DNA from: Eledone cirrhosa
Taxonomy: Eukaryota
Reading direction: 5' to 3'
NCBI GenBank assembly: GCA_964016885.1
Contig: OZ024741.1
Coordinates: forward strand, 7,936,001 to 8,000,000
Length of the DNA: 64,000 nucleotides
This document shows, piece after piece, positions 1 to 15,000 of this stretch; position 1 is the stretch's first letter; the number at the start of each line of letters is the position of its first letter. The translations under genes were made by a program, and so were the position numbers. The notes beneath the pieces were generated by a model. That model had not been told where the DNA came from and made no database searches. It saw nothing but the letters and a program-made list of their open reading frames with translations.

Positions 1-3000
1 TCCAGTGTTACCCTACTCAGTGGTAAAGTTCCAGTGTTACCCTATCAAGTGGTAAAGTTCCAGTGTTACCCTAGACAGTGGTAAAGTTCCAGTGTTACCC
101 TAACAATTGTAAATTTCCAGTGTTACCCTAGACAGTGGTAATATTCCAGTGTTACCCTAGACAGTCGTAAAGTTCCAGTGTTACCCTAGCCAGTTCTAAA
201 GTTCCAGTGTTACCATATACAGTGGTAAAGTTCCAGTGTTACCCTAGACAGTGGTAAAGTTCCAGTGTTACCCTAGACAGTGGTAAAGTTCCAGTGTTAC
301 CCTAGACAGTGGTAAAGTTCGATTGTTACGCTAGACAGTGGTAAAGTTCCAGTGATACTCTAGACAGTTCTAATGTTCCAGTGTTACCCTAGACAGTTCT
401 AAAGTTCAAGTGTTACCCTAGACAGTCGTAAACTTCCAGTGTTAACCTAGACAGTTGTAAAATTCCAGTGTTACCCTAGACAGTCGTAAAGTTCCAGTGT
501 TACCCTAGACAGTTGTAAAGTTCCAGTGTTACCATATACAGTGATAAAGTTCCAGTGTTACCCTAGACAGTGGTAAAGTTTCAGTTTTACCCTAGACAGT
601 GGTAAAGTTCCAGTGTTACCCTAGACAGTGGTAAAGTTCCAGTGTTACCCTAGACAGTTTTAAAGTTTCAGTGTTACCCTAGACAATGGTAAAGTTCCAG
701 TCTTACCCTAGACATTCGTAAAGTACCAGTGTTACCCTAGTCAGTTCTAAAGTTTCAGTGTTACCCTAGACAGTTCTAAAGTTCCAGTGTTACCCTAGAC
801 AGTTCTAAAGTTCCAGTGTTATCCTAGACAATTGTTAAGTTCCAGTGTTACCCTAGACAGTGGTAATGTTCCAGTGTTACCCTAGACAGTCGTAAACTTC
901 CAGTGTTACCCTAGACAGTTCTAAAGTTCAAGTGTTACTCTCGACAGTGGTAAAGTTCCAGTGTTACCCTAGACAGTCGTAAAGTTCCAGTGTAACCCTA
1001 GACAGTTCTAAAGTTCCAGTGTTACCCTAGACAGTTGTAAAGTTCCAGTGTTACCCTAGACAGTTGTGAAGTACCACTGTTAACCTAGACAGTTGTGAAG
1101 TACCAGTGTTTCCCTAGACAGTTTTAAAATTTAAGTGTTACCCTAGACAATGGTAAAGTTCCAGTCTTACCCTAGACAGTCGTAAATTACCAGTGTTACC
1201 CTAGTCAGTTCTAAAGTTCCAGTGTTACCCTAGACAATTCTAAAGTTCCAGTGTTACCCTAGACAGTGGTAAAGTTCCAGTGTTACCCTGGACAGTTCTA
1301 AAGTTCCAGTGTTACCCTAGACAGTTCTAAAGTTCCAGTGTTACCCTAGACAATTGTAAAGTTCCAGTGTTACCCTAGACAGTGGCAATGTTCCAGTGTT
1401 ACCCTAGACAGTCGTAAACTTCCAGTGTTAACCTAGACAGTTGTAAAATTCCAGTGTTACCCTATAAAGTCGTAAAGTTCCAGTGTTACCCTAGACAGTT
1501 GTAAAGTTCCAGTGTTACCATATACAGTGGTAAAGTTCCAGTGTTACCCTAGACAGTGGTAAAGTTCCAGTTTTACCCTAGACAGTGGTAAATTCCAGTG
1601 TTACCCTAGACAGTGGTAAAGTTCCAGTGTTACCCTAGACAGTTGTAAACTTCCAGTGTTACCCTAGACAGTTGTGAAGTACCACTGTTACCATAAACAG
1701 TTGTGAAGTTCCAGTGTTATCCTATCCAGTGGTAAACTTCCAGTGTTACCCTAGACAGTTGTAAAGTTCCAGTGTTACCCTAGACAGTTTTAAAGTTTCA
1801 GTGTTACCCTAGACAATGGAAAAGTTCCAGTCTTACCCTAGACAGTCGTAAATTACCAGTGCTACCCTAGACAGTTCTAAAGTTCCAGTGTTACCCTAGA
1901 CAGTTCTAAAGTTCCAGTGTTACCCAAGACAGTGGTAAATTTCCAGTGTTACCCTAGACAGTTCTAAAGTTCCAGTGTTACCCTAGACAGTGGTAAAGTT
2001 CCAGTGTTACCCTAGACAGTTCTAAAGTTCCAGTGTTATCCTAGACAATTGTTAAGTTCCAGTGTTACCCTAGACAGTGGTAATGTTCCAGTGTTACCCT
2101 AGACAGTCGTAAACTTCCAGTGTTAACCTAGACAGTTGTAAAATTCCAGTGTTACCCTAGACAGTCGTAAAGTTCCAGTGTTACCCTAGACAGTTGTAAA
2201 GTTCCAGTGTTACCATATACAGTGATAAAGTTCCAGTGTTACCCTAGACAGTGGTAAAGTTCCAGTTTTACCCTAGACAGTGGTAAAGTTCCAGTGTTGC
2301 CCTAGACAGTGGTAAATTTCCAGTGTTACCCTAGACAGTATTAAAGTTCCAGTGTTACCCTATTCAGTGGTAAAGTTCCAGTGTTACCCTAGACCGTTCT
2401 AAAGTTCCAGTGTTACCCTAGACAGTGGTAAAGATCCAGTGTAAACCTAGACAGTTCTAAAGTTCCAGTGTTACCCTAGACAGTGGTAAAGTTCCAGTGT
2501 TACCCTAGACAGTGGTAAAGTTCCAGTGTTACCCTAGACAGTTCTAAAATTCCAGTGTTACCCTAGACAGTTGTAAAGTTCCAGTGTTGCACTAGACAGT
2601 GTTAAAGTTCCAGTGTTACCCTACACTAGACAGTTGTAAAGCTCCAGTGTTACCCTAGACTAGACAATTGTAAAGTTCCAGTAATACCCTAAACAATGGT
2701 AAGTTTCAGTGTTACCCTAGACAGTGGTAAAGTTCCAGTATAACCCTAGACAGTGGTAAAGTTCCAGTGTTACCCTAGACAGTTCTAAAGTTCCAGTGTT
2801 ACCCTAGACAGTTGTAAAGTTCCAGTGTTACCCTAGGCAATGGTAAAGTTCCAGTGTTCCCTTAGACAGTGGTAAAGTACCAGTGTTATCCTAGACAGTG
2901 GTAAACTTCCAGTGTTACCCTAGACAGTTGTAATGTTGCAGTGTTAAAATACACAGTTTTAAAGTTTCAGTGTTACCCTAGACAATGGTAAAGTTCCAGT

Positions 3001-6000
3001 CTTACCCTAGACAGTCGTAAAGTACCAGTGTTACCCTAGTCAGTTCTAAAGTTCCAGTGTTGCCCTAGACAGTTCTAAAGTTCCAGTGTTACCCTACTCA
3101 GTGGTAAAGTTCCAGTGTTACCCTATCAAGTGGTAAAGTTCCAGTGTTACCCTAGACAGTGGTAAAGTTCCAGTGTTACCCTAACAATTGTAAATTTCCA
3201 GTGTTACCCTAGACAGTGGTAATATTCCAGTGTTACCCTAGACAGTCGTAAAGTTCCAGTGTTACCCTAGCCAGTTCTAAAGTTCCAGTGTTACCATATA
3301 CAGTGGTAAAGTTCCAGTGTTACCCTAGACAGTGGTAAAGTTCCAGTGTTACCCTAGACAGTGGTAAAGTTCCAGTGTTACCCTAGACAGTGGTAAAGTT
3401 CGATTGTTACGCTAGACAGTGGTAAAGTTCCAGTGATACTCTAGACAGTTCTAATGTTCCAGTGTTACCCTAGACAGTTCTAAAGTTCAAGTGTTACCCT
3501 AGACAGTCGTAAACTTCCAGTGTTAACCTAGACAGTTGTAAAATTCCAGTGTTACCCTAGACAGTCGTAAAGTTCCAGTGTTACCCTAGACAGTTGTAAA
3601 GTTCCAGTGTTACCATATACAGTGATAAAGTTCCAGTGTTACCCTAGACAGTGGTAAAGTTTCAGTTTTACCCTAGACAGTGGTAAAGTTCCAGTGTTAC
3701 CCTAGACAGTGGTAAAGTTCCAGTGTTACCCTAGACAGTTTTAAAGTTTCAGTGTTACCCTAGACAATGGTAAAGTTCCAGTCTTACCCTAGACATTCGT
3801 AAAGTACCAGTGTTACCCTAGTCAGTTCTAAAGTTTCAGTGTTACCCTAGACAGTTCTAAAGTTCCAGTGTTACCCTAGACAGTTCTAAAGTTCCAGTGT
3901 TATCCTAGACAATTGTTAAGTTCCAGTGTTACCCTAGACAGTGGTAATGTTCCAGTGTTACCCTAGACAGTCGTAAACTTCCAGTGTTAACCTAGACAGT
4001 TGTAAAATTCCAGTGTTACCCTAGACAGTCGTAAAGTTCCAGTGTTACCCTAGACAGTTGTAAAGTTCCAGTGTTACCATATACAGTGATAAAGTTCCAG
4101 TGTTACCCTAGACAGTGGTAAAGTTCCAGTTTTACCCTAGACAGTGGTAAAGTTCCAGTGTTACCCTAGACAGTGGTAAATTTCCAGTGTTACCCTAGAC
4201 AGTATTAAAGTTCCAGTGTTACCCTATTCAGTGGTAAAGTTCCAGTGTTACCCTAGACCGTTCTAAAGTTCCAGTGTTACCCTAGGCAGTGGTAAAGATC
4301 CAGTGTAAACCTAGACAGTTCTAAAGTTCCAGTGTTACCCTAGACAGTGGTAAAGTTCCAGTGTTACCCTAGACAGTGGTAAAGTTCCAGTGTTACCCTA
4401 GACAGTTCTAAAATTCCAGTGTTACCCTAGACAGTTGTAAAGTTCCAGTGTTGCACTAGACAGTGTTAAAGTTCCAGTGTTACCCTACACTAGACAGTTG
4501 TAAAGCTCCAGTGTTACCCTAGACTAGACAGTGGTAAAGTTCCAGTGTTACCCTACACTAGACAGTGGTAAAGTTCCAGTGTTACCCTAGACAGTGGTAA
4601 AGTTCGATTGTTACCCTAGACAGTGGTAAAGTTCGATTGTTACGCTAGACAGTGGTAAAGTTCCAGTGTTACTCTAGACAGTTCTAATGTTCCAGTGTTA
4701 CCCTAGACAGTTCTAAAGTTCAAGTGTTACCCTAGACAGTCGTAAACTTCCAGTGTTAACCTAGACAGTTGTAAAATTCCAGTGTTACCCTAGACAGTCG
4801 TAAAGTTCCAGTGTTACCCTAGACAGTGGTAAAGTTTCAGTTTTACCCTAGACAGTGGTAAAGTTCCAGTGTTACCCTAGACAGTGGTAAAGTTCCAGTG
4901 TTACCCTAGACAGTTTTAAAGTTTCAGTGTTACCCTAGACAATGGTAAAGTTCCAGTCTTACCCTAGACATTCGTAAAGTACCAGTGTTACCCTAGTCAC
5001 TTCTAAAGTTTCAGTGTTACCCTAGACAGTTCTAAAGTTCCAGTGTTACCCTAGACAGTGGTAAAGTTCCAGTGTTACCCTAGACAGTGGTAAAGTTCCA
5101 GTATTTCCGTAGACAGTGGTAAAGTTCCAGTGTTACCCTAGACAATTGTAAATTCCAGTGTTACCCTAGACAGTGGTAATGTTCCAGTGTTACCCTAGAC
5201 AGTCGTAAAGTTCCAGTGTTACCCTAGACTATTCTAAAGTTCCAGTGTTACCATATACAGTGGTAATGTTCCAGTGTTACCCTAGACAGTGGTAAAGTTC
5301 CAGTGTTACCCTAGACAGTGGTAAAGTTCCATTGTTACGCTAGACTGTGGTAAAGTTCCAGTGTTACCCTAGACAGTTCTAAAGTTCCAGTGATACCCTA
5401 GACGATTGTAAAGTTCCAGCGTTACCCTAGTCAGTTGTCAACTACCAGTGTTACTCTAGACATTTCTAATGTTTCACTGTTACCTTAGACAGTTCTAAAG
5501 TTCAAGTGTTACTCTTGACAGGGGTAAAGTTCCAGTGTTACCCTAGACAGTGGTAAAGTTCCAGTGTTACCCTAGACAGTCGTAAATTTCCAGTGTAACC
5601 CTAGACAGTTCTAAAGTTCCAGTGTTACCCTAGACGGTTGTAAATCTCCAGTGTTACCCGAGACAGTGTTAAAATTCCAGTGTTACCCTAGACAGTGCTA
5701 AATTTCCAGTGTCACCCTAGACAGTGGTAAATTTCCAGTGTTACCCTAGACAGTTCTAAAGTTCCAGTGTTACACTAGACAGTTCTAAAGTACCAGTGTT
5801 AACCTAGAAAGTTGTAAAGTTCCAGTGTTACCCTAGACAGTTCTAATGTTCCAGTGTTACCCTAGACAGTTCTAAAGTTCAAGCGTTACTCTTGACAGTT
5901 CTAAAGTTCCAGTGTTACCCTAGACAGTGGTAAATTTCCAGTGTTACCCTAGACAGTGGTAAAATTCCAGTGTTACCCTAGACAGTGGTAAATTTCCAGT

Positions 6001-9000
6001 ATCACCCTAGACAGTGGTAAATTTCCAGTGTTACCCAAGACAGTGGTAAAATTCCAGTGTTACCCTAGACAGTGGTAAATTTCCAGTGTCACCCTAGACA
6101 GTGGTAAAATTCCAGTGTTACCCTAGACAGTGTTAAATTTCCAGTGTCACCCTAGACAGTTCTAAAGTACCAGTGTTACCCTAGACAGTTCTAATGTTCC
6201 AGTGTTACCCTAGACAGTTCTAAAGTACCAGTGTTAACCTAGAAAGTTGTAAAGTTCCAGTGTTACCCTAGACAGTTCTAAAGTTCGAGTGTTACCCTAG
6301 ACAGTTCTAAAGTTCCAGTTTTACCCTAGGTAGTGGTAAAGTTGCCGTGTTACCCTAGACAGTGGTAAAGTTCCAGTGTTACCCTAGACAGTGTTAAAGT
6401 TCCAGTGTTACCCTAGACAGTGGTAATGTTCCAGTGTTACCCTAGACAGTCGTAAAGTTCCAGTGTTAACCTAGACAGTTGTAAAAGTCCAGTGTTACCC
6501 TAGACAGTCGTAAAGTTCCAGTGGTACCCTAGACAGTTCTAAAGTTCCAGTGTTACCATATACAGTGGTAAAGTTCCAGTGTTACCCTAGACAGTGGTAA
6601 AGTTCCAGTGTTAACCTAGACAGTTCTAAAGTTCCAGTGTTACCCTAGACAGTGATAGAGTTCCAGTGTTACCCCAGACCGTTCTAAAGTTCCAGTGTTA
6701 ACCTAGACGGTGGTTAAGATCCAGTGTTAACCTAGACAGTGGTAAAGTTCCAGTGTTACCCTAGACAATTGTAAAGTACCACTGTTACCCTAGACAGTTG
6801 TGAAGTTCCAGTGTTATCCTAGACAATTGTAAAGTACCACTGTTACCCTAGACAATTGTAAAGTACCACTGTTACCCTAGACAGTGGTAAACATCCAGTG
6901 TTACCCTAGACATTTGTAAAGTTCCAGTGTTACTCTAGACAGTTTTAAAGTTTCAGTGTTACCCTAGACAATGGTAAATTTCCAGTCTTACCCTAGACAG
7001 TCGTAAACTACCAGTGTTACCCTAGACAGTTGTAAAGTTCCAGTGTTACTCTAGACAGTTTTAAAGTTTCAGTGTTACCCTAGACAATGGTAAATTTCCA
7101 GTCTTACCCTAGACAGTCGTAAACTACCAGTGTTACCCCAGACCGTTCTAAAGTTCCAGTGTTAACCTAGACGGTGGTAAAGATCCAGTGTTACCCTAGA
7201 CAGTGGTAAAGTTCCAGTGTTACCCTAGACATTGGTAAAGTTCCAGTGTTACCCTAGATAGTGGTAAAGTTCCAGTGTTACCCTAGACAGTGGTAATGTT
7301 CCAGTGTTACCCTAGACAGTCGTAAAGTTCCAGTGTTAACCTAGACAGTTGTAAAAGTCCAGTGTTACCCTAGACAGTCGTAAAGTTCCAGTGGTACCCT
7401 AGACAGTTCTAAAGTTCCAGTGTTACCATATACAGTGGTAAAGTTCCAGTGTAACCCTAGACAGTGGTAAAGTTCCAGTGTTACCCTAGACAGTTCTAAA
7501 GTTTCAGTGTTACCCTAGACAGTGATAGAGTTCCAGTGTTACCCCAGACCGTTCTAAAGTTACAGTGTTAACCTAGACGATGGTAAAGATCTAGTGTTAA
7601 CCTAGACAGTTGTAAAGTTCTAATTTTACCCTAGACAGTTCTCAAGTTCCAGTGTTATCCTAGACAATTGTAAATTTCTAGTGTTACCCTAGACCGTTCT
7701 AAATTTCCAGTGTTACCCTAGACAATTGTAAAGTTCCAGTGTTACCCTAGACAGTTCTAATGTTCCAGTGTTACCCTAGACAGTTCTAAAGTTCCAGCGT
7801 TACCCTAATCAGTTGTAAAGTTCCAGTGTTAACCTAGACAGTTCTAATGTTCCAGTGTTACCCTAGGCAATTGTAAAGTTCCAGCGTTACCCTAGTCAGT
7901 TGTAAAGTTCCAGTGTTACCTAGACAGTTCTAATGTTCCAGTGTTACCCTAGACAGTTCTAAAGTTCAAGCGTCACTCTTGACAATTGTAAAGTTCCAGT
8001 GTTACCCTAGACAATCGTAAAGTTCCAGTGTTACCCTAGACAGTTCTAAAGTTCCAGTGTCACCCTAGACAGGTTTAAAGTTCCAGTGTTACCCCAGACC
8101 GTTCTAAAGTTCCAGTGTTAACCTAGACAGTGGTAAAGATCCAGTGTTAACCTAGATAGTTGTAAAGTTCTAGTGTTACCCTAGACAGTTCTCAAGTTCC
8201 AGTGTTATCCTAGACAATTGTAAATTTCTAGTGTTACCCTAGACAGTTCTAAAGTTCAAGTGTTACTTTTGATAGTGGTTAAGTTCCAGTGTTACCCTAG
8301 ACAATCGTAAAGTTCCAGTGTTACCCTAGACAGTTCTAAAGTTCCAGTGTTACCCTAGACAGTCGTAAAGTTCCAGTGTTACCCTAGACAGTTCTAAAGT
8401 TCCAGTGTTACCATATACAGTGGTAAAGTCCCAGTGTTACCCTAGACAGTTCTAAAGTTCCAGTGTTAACCTAGACAGTTCTAAAGTTCCAGTGTTACCC
8501 AAGATAGTGGTAAAGTTCCAGTGTTACCCTAGACAGTTCTAAAGTTCCAGTGTTACCCTAGACTATTGTAAAGTTCCAGCGTTACCCTAGTCAGTTGTAA
8601 AGTTCCAGTGTTACTCTAGATAATTGTAAAGTTCCAGTGTTACCCTAGACAGTTGTAAAGTTCCAGTGTTACCCTAGACAGTTCTAAAGTTCCAGTGTTA
8701 GCCTAGACAATTGTAAAGTTCCAGTGTTACCCTAGACAGTGGTAATGTTCCAGTGTTACCCTAGACAGTCGTAAAGTTCCAGTGTTACCCTAGACAGTTC
8801 TAAAGTTCCAGTGTTACCATATACAGTGGCAAAGTTCCAGTGTTGCCCTAGACAGTGGTAAAGTTCCAGTGTTACCCTAGTCAGTGGTAAAGTTCCAGTG
8901 TTACCCTAAACAGTTCTAAAGTTCCAGTGTTACCCTAGACAGTTGTAAAGTTCCAGTGTTACCCTAGACAGTGGTAAAGTTCCTGTGTTACCCTAGACAA

Positions 9001-12000
9001 CTCTAAAGTTCCGGTGCTACCCTAGACAGTTCTAAAGTTCCAGTGTTATCCTAGACAGTGGTAAAGTTGCAGTGTTACCCTAGATAGTTGTAAAGTTCCA
9101 GTGTTACCCTAGACAGTTGTAAAGTTCCAGTGTTGCCCTAAACAGAGTTAATGTTCCAGTGTTACCCTAGACAGTGGTAAAGTTCCATTGTTACCCTAGT
9201 CAGTGGTAAAGTTCCAGTGTTACCCTAGACAGTTCTAAAGTTCCAGTGTTACCCTAGACAGTTGTAAAATTCCAGTGTTACCCTAGACAGTGGTAAAGTT
9301 CCAGTGTTACCCTAGACAGTGGTAAATTTCCAGTGTTACCCTAGACAGTATTAACGTGCCAGTGTTACCCTATTCAGTGGTAAAGTTCCAGTGTTACCCT
9401 AGACCGTTCTAAAGTTCCAGTGTTACCCTAGACAGTGGTAAAGTTCCAGTGTTTCCCTAGACAGTGGTAAAGTTCAATTGTTACGCTAGACAGTGGTAAA
9501 GTTCCAGTGTTACTCTAGACAGTTCTAATGTTCCAGTGTTACCCTAGACAGTTCTAAAGTTCCAGTGTCACCCTAGACAGGTTTAAATTTCCAGTGTTAC
9601 CCCAGACCGTTCTAAAGTTCCAGTGTTAACCTAGACAGTGGTAAAGATCCAGTGTTAACCTAGATAGTTGTAAAGTTCTAGTGTTACCCTAGACAGTTCT
9701 CAAGTTCCAGTGTTATCCTAGACAATTGTAAATTTCTAGTGTTACCCTAGACAGTTCTAAAGTTCAAGTGTTACTTTTGATAGTGGTTAAGTTCCAGTGT
9801 TACCCTAGACAATCGTAAAGTTCCAGTGTTACCCTAGACAGTTCTAAAGTTCCAGTGTTACCCTAGACAGTCATAAAGTTCCAGTGTTACCCTAGACAGT
9901 TCTAAAGTTCCAGTGTTACCATATACAGTGGTAAATTATCAGTGTTACCCTAGGCAGTGTTAAAATTCCAGTGTTACCCTAGACAGTGGTAAATTTCCAG
10001 TGTTACCCTAGAAAGTTGTAAAGTTCCAGTGTTACCCTAGACAGTTCTAAAGTTCCAGTGTTACCCTAGACAGTTCTAAAATTCCAGTTTTACCCTAGGT
10101 AGTGGTAAAGTTGCAGTGTTAACCTAGACAGTTGTAAAGTTCCAGTGTTACCCTAGACAGTTCTAAAGTTCCAGTGTTACCCTAGACAGTGGTAAAGTTC
10201 CAGTGTTACTCTAGACAGTGGTAAAGTTCCAGTGTTACCCTAGATAGTTCTAAAGTTCCAGTGTTACCCTAGAGAGTGGTAAAGTTCCAGTGTTACCCTA
10301 CACTAGACAGTTGTAAAGCTCCAGTGTTACCCTAGACTAGACAATTGCAAAGTTCCAGTGTTACCCTAAACAATGGTAAGTTTCAGTGTTACCCTAGACA
10401 GTGTTAAAGTTCCAGTATTACCCCAGACAGTGGTAAAGTTCCAGTGTTACCCTAGACAGTTCTAAAGTTCCAGTGTTACCCTAGACAGTTGTAAAGTTCC
10501 AGTGTTACCCTAGACAGTTGTGAAGTACCACTGTTACCCTAAACAGTTGTGAAGTTCCAGTGTTATCCTATCCAGTGGTAAACTTCCAGTGTTACCCTAG
10601 ACAGTTGTAAAGTTCCAGTGTTACCCTAGACAGTTTTAAAGTTTCAGTGTTACCCTAGACAATGGTAAAGTTCCAGTCTTACCCTAGACAGTCGTAAATT
10701 ACCAGTGTTACCCTAGACAGTTCTAAAGTTCCAGTGTTACCCTAGACAGTTCTAAAGTTCCAGTGTTACCCTAGACAGTGGTAAATTTCCAGTGTTACCC
10801 TAGACAGTTCTAAAGTTCCAGTGTTACCCTAGACAGTGGTAAAGTTCCACTGTTACCCTAGACAGTTCTAAAGTTCCAGTGTTATCCTAGACAAATGTTA
10901 AGTTCCAGTGTTACCCTAGACAGTGGTAATGTTCCAGTGTTACCCTAGACAGTCGTAAACTTCCAGTGTTAACCTAGACAGTTGTAAAATTCCAGTGTTA
11001 CCCTAGACAGTCGTAAAGTTCCAGTGTTACCCTAGACAGTTGTAAAGTTCCAGTGTTACCATATACAGTGATAAAGTTCCAGTTTTACCCTAGACAGTGG
11101 TAAATTTCCAGTGTTACCCTAGACAGTATTAAAGTTTCAGTGTTACCCTATTCAGTGGTAAAGTTCCAGTGTTACCCTAGACCGTTCTAAAGTTCCAGTG
11201 TTACCCTAGACAGTGGTAAAGATCCAGTGTAAACCTAGACAGTTCTAAAGTTCCAGTGTTACCCTAGACAGTGTTAAAGTTCCAGTGTTACCCTAGACAG
11301 TGGTAAAGTTCCAGTGTTACCCTAGACAGTTCTAAAATTCCAGTGTTACCCTAGACAGTTGTAAAGTTCCAGTGTTGCACTAGACAGTGTTAAAGTTCCA
11401 GTGTTACCCTACACTAGACAGTTGTAAAGCTCCAGTGTTACCCTAGACTAGACGATTGTAAAGTTCCAGTAATACCCTAAACAATGGTAAGTTTCAGTGT
11501 TACCCTAGACAGTGGTAAAGTTCCAGTATAACCCTAGACAGTGGTAAAGTTCCAGTGTTACCCTAGACAGTTCTAAAGTTCCAGTGTTACCCTAGACAGT
11601 TGTAAAGTTCCAGTGTTACCCTAGACAATGGTAAAGTTCCAGTGTTACCTTAGACAGTGGTAAAGTACCAGTGTTATACTAGACAGTGGTAAACTTCCAG
11701 TGTTACCCTAGACAGTTGTAAAGTTGCAGTGTTAAAATACACAGTTTTAAAGTTTCAGTGTTACCCTAGACAATGGTAAAGTTCCAGTCTTACCCTAGAC
11801 AGTCGTAAAGTACCAGTGTTACCCTAGTCAGTTCTAAAGCTCCAGTGTTACCCTATCAAGTGGTAAATATCCAGTGTTACCCTAGACAGTGGTAAAGTTC
11901 CAGTGTTACCCTAACAATTGTAAAGTTCCAGTGTTACCCTAGACAGTGGTAATGTTCCAGTGTTACCCTAGACAGTCGTAAAGTTCCAGTGTTACCCTAG

Positions 12001-15000
12001 CCAGTTCTAAAGTTCCAGTGTTACCATATACAGTGGTAAAGTTCCAGTGTTACCCTAGACAGTGGTAAAGTTCCAGCGTTACCCTAGACAGTTGTAAAGT
12101 TCCAGTGTTACCCTAGACAGTGGTAAAGTTCGATTGTTACGCTAGACAGTGGTAAAGTTCCAGTGTTACTCTAGACAGTTCTAATGTTCCAGTGTTACCC
12201 TAGACAGTTCTAAAGTTCAAGTGTTACTCTTGACAGTGGTAAAGTTCCAGTGTTACCCTAGACAGTCGTAAATTTCCAGTGTAACCCTAGACAGTTCTAA
12301 AGTTCCAGTGTTACCCTAGACAGTTGTAAAGTTCCAGTGTTACCCTAGACAGTTCTAAAGTTCCAGTGTTACCCTAGACAGTGGTAAAGTTCCAGTGTTA
12401 CCCTAGACAGTTCTAAAGTTCCAGTGTTACCCTAGACAATTGTTAAGTTCCAGTGTTACCCTAGACAGTGGTAATGTTCCAGTGTTACCATATACAGTGA
12501 TAAAGTTCCAGTGTTACACTAGACAGTGGTAAAGTTCCAGTTTTACCCTAGACAGTGGTAAAGTTCCAGTGTTATCCTAGACAGTGGTAAAGTTCCAGTG
12601 TTACCCTAGACAGTTTTAAAGTTTCAGTGTTACCCTAGACAATGGTAAAGTTCCAGTCTTACCCTAGACATTCGTAAAGTACCAGTGTTACTCTAGTCAG
12701 TTCTAAAATTTCAGTGTTACCCTAGACAGTTCTAAAGTTCCAGTGTTACCCTAGACAGTGGTAAAGTTCCAGTATTTCCCTAGACAGTGGTAAAGTTCCA
12801 GTGTTACCCTAGACAATTGTAAAGTTCCAGTGTTACCCTAGACAGTGGTAATGTTCCAGTGTTACCCTAGACAGTCGTAAAGTTCCAGTGTTACCCTAGA
12901 CAGTTCTAAAGTTCCAGTGATACCCTAGACGATTGTAAAGTGCCAGCGTTGCCCTAGTCAGTTGTAAATTTCCAGTGTTACTCTAGACAGTTCCAATGTT
13001 CCAGTGTTACCCTAGACAGTTCTAAATTTCAAGTGTTACTCTTGACAGTGGTAAAGTTCCAGTGTTACCCTAGACAGTCGTAAATTTCCAGAGTAACCCT
13101 AGACTGTTCTAAAGTTCCAGTGTTACCCTAGACTGTTGTAAATTTCCAGTGTTACCCTTGACAGTGTTAAAATTCCAGTGTTAACCTAGACAGTTCTAAT
13201 GTTCCAGTGTTACCCTAGACAGTTCTAAAGTTCCAGTGTTACCCTAGACAGTTCTAAATTCCAGTGTTCCCCTAGACAATTCTAAAGTTCCAGTTTTACC
13301 ATATACAGTGGTAAAGTTCCAGTGTTACCCTAGACAGTGGTAAAGTTCCAGTGTTACGCTAGACAGTGGTAAAGTTCCAGTGTTACCCTAGACAGTTATA
13401 AAGTTCCAGTGTTACCCTAGACGATTGTAAAATTCCAGCGTTACCCTAGTCAGTTGTAAAGTTCCAGTGTTACTCTAGACAGTTCTAATGTTCCAGTGTT
13501 ACCCTAGACAGTTCTAAAGTTCAAGTGTTACTCTCGACAGTGGTAAAGTTCCAGTGTTACCCTAGACAGTCGTAAAGTTCCAGTGTAACCCTAGACAGTT
13601 CTAAAGTTCCAGTGTTACCCTAGACAGTTGTAAAGTTCCAGTGTTACCCTAGACAGTTGTGAAGTACCACTGTTACCCTAGACAGTTGTGAAGTACCAGT
13701 GTTTCCCTAGACAGTTTTAAAATTTAAGTGTTACCCTAGACAATGGTAAAGTTCCAGTCTTACCCTAGACAGTCGTAAATTACCAGTGTTACCCTAGTCA
13801 GTTCTAAAGTTCCAGTGTTACCCTAGACAATTCTAAAGTTCCAGTGTTACCCTAGACAGTGGTAAAGTTCCAGTGTTACCCTGGACAGTTCTAAAGTTCC
13901 AGTGTTACCCTAGACAGTTCTAAAGTTCCAGTGTTACCCTAGACAATTGTAAAGTTCCAGTGTTACCCTAGACAGTGGCAATGTTCCAGTGTTACCCTAG
14001 ACAGTCGTAAACTTCCAGTGTTAACCTAGACAGTTGTAAAATTCCAGTGTTACCCTAGACAGTCGTAAAGTTCCAGTGTTACCCTAGACAGTTGTAAAGT
14101 TCCAGTGTTACCATATACAGTGGTAAAGTTCCAGTGTTACCCTAGACAGTGGTAATGTTCCAGTTTTACCCTAGACAGTGGTAAATTCCAGTGTTACCCT
14201 AGACAGTGGTAAAGTTCCAGTGTTACCCTAGACAGTTGTAAAGTTCCAGTGTTACCCTAGACAGTTGTGAAGTACCACTGTTACCATAAACAGTTGTGAA
14301 GTTCCAGTGTTATCCTATCCAGTGGTAAACTTCCAGTGTTACCCTAGACAGTTGTAAAGTTCCAGTGTTACCCTAGACAGTTTTAAAGTTTCAGTGTTAC
14401 CCTAGACAATGGAAAAGTTCCAGTCTTACCCTAGACAGTCGTAAATTACCAGTGCTACCCTAGACAGTTCTAAAGTTCCAGTGTTACCCTAGACAGTTCT
14501 AAAGTTCCAGTGTTACCCAAGACAGTGGTAAATTTCCAGTGTTACCCTAGACAGTTCTAAAGTTCCAGTGTTACCCTAGACAGTGGTAAAGTTCCAGTGT
14601 TACCCTAGACAGTTCTAAAGTTCCAGTGTTATCCTAGACAATTGTTAAGTTCCAGTGTTACCCTAGACAGTGGTAATGTTCCAGTGTTACCCTAGACAGT
14701 CGTAAACTTCCAGTGTTAACCTAGACAGTTGTAAAATTCCAGTGTTACCCTAGACAGTCGTAAAGTTCCAGTGTTACCCTAGACAGTTGTAAAGTTCCAG
14801 TGTTACCATATACAGTGATAAAGTTCCAGTGTTACCCTAGACAGCGGTAAAGTTCCAGTTTTACCCTAGACAGTGGTAAAGTTCCAGTGTTACCCTAGAC
14901 AGTGGTAAATTTCCAGTGTTACCCTAGACAGTATTAAAGTTCCAGTGTTACCCTATTCAGTGGTAAAGTTCCAGTGTTACCCTAGACCGTTCTAAAGTTC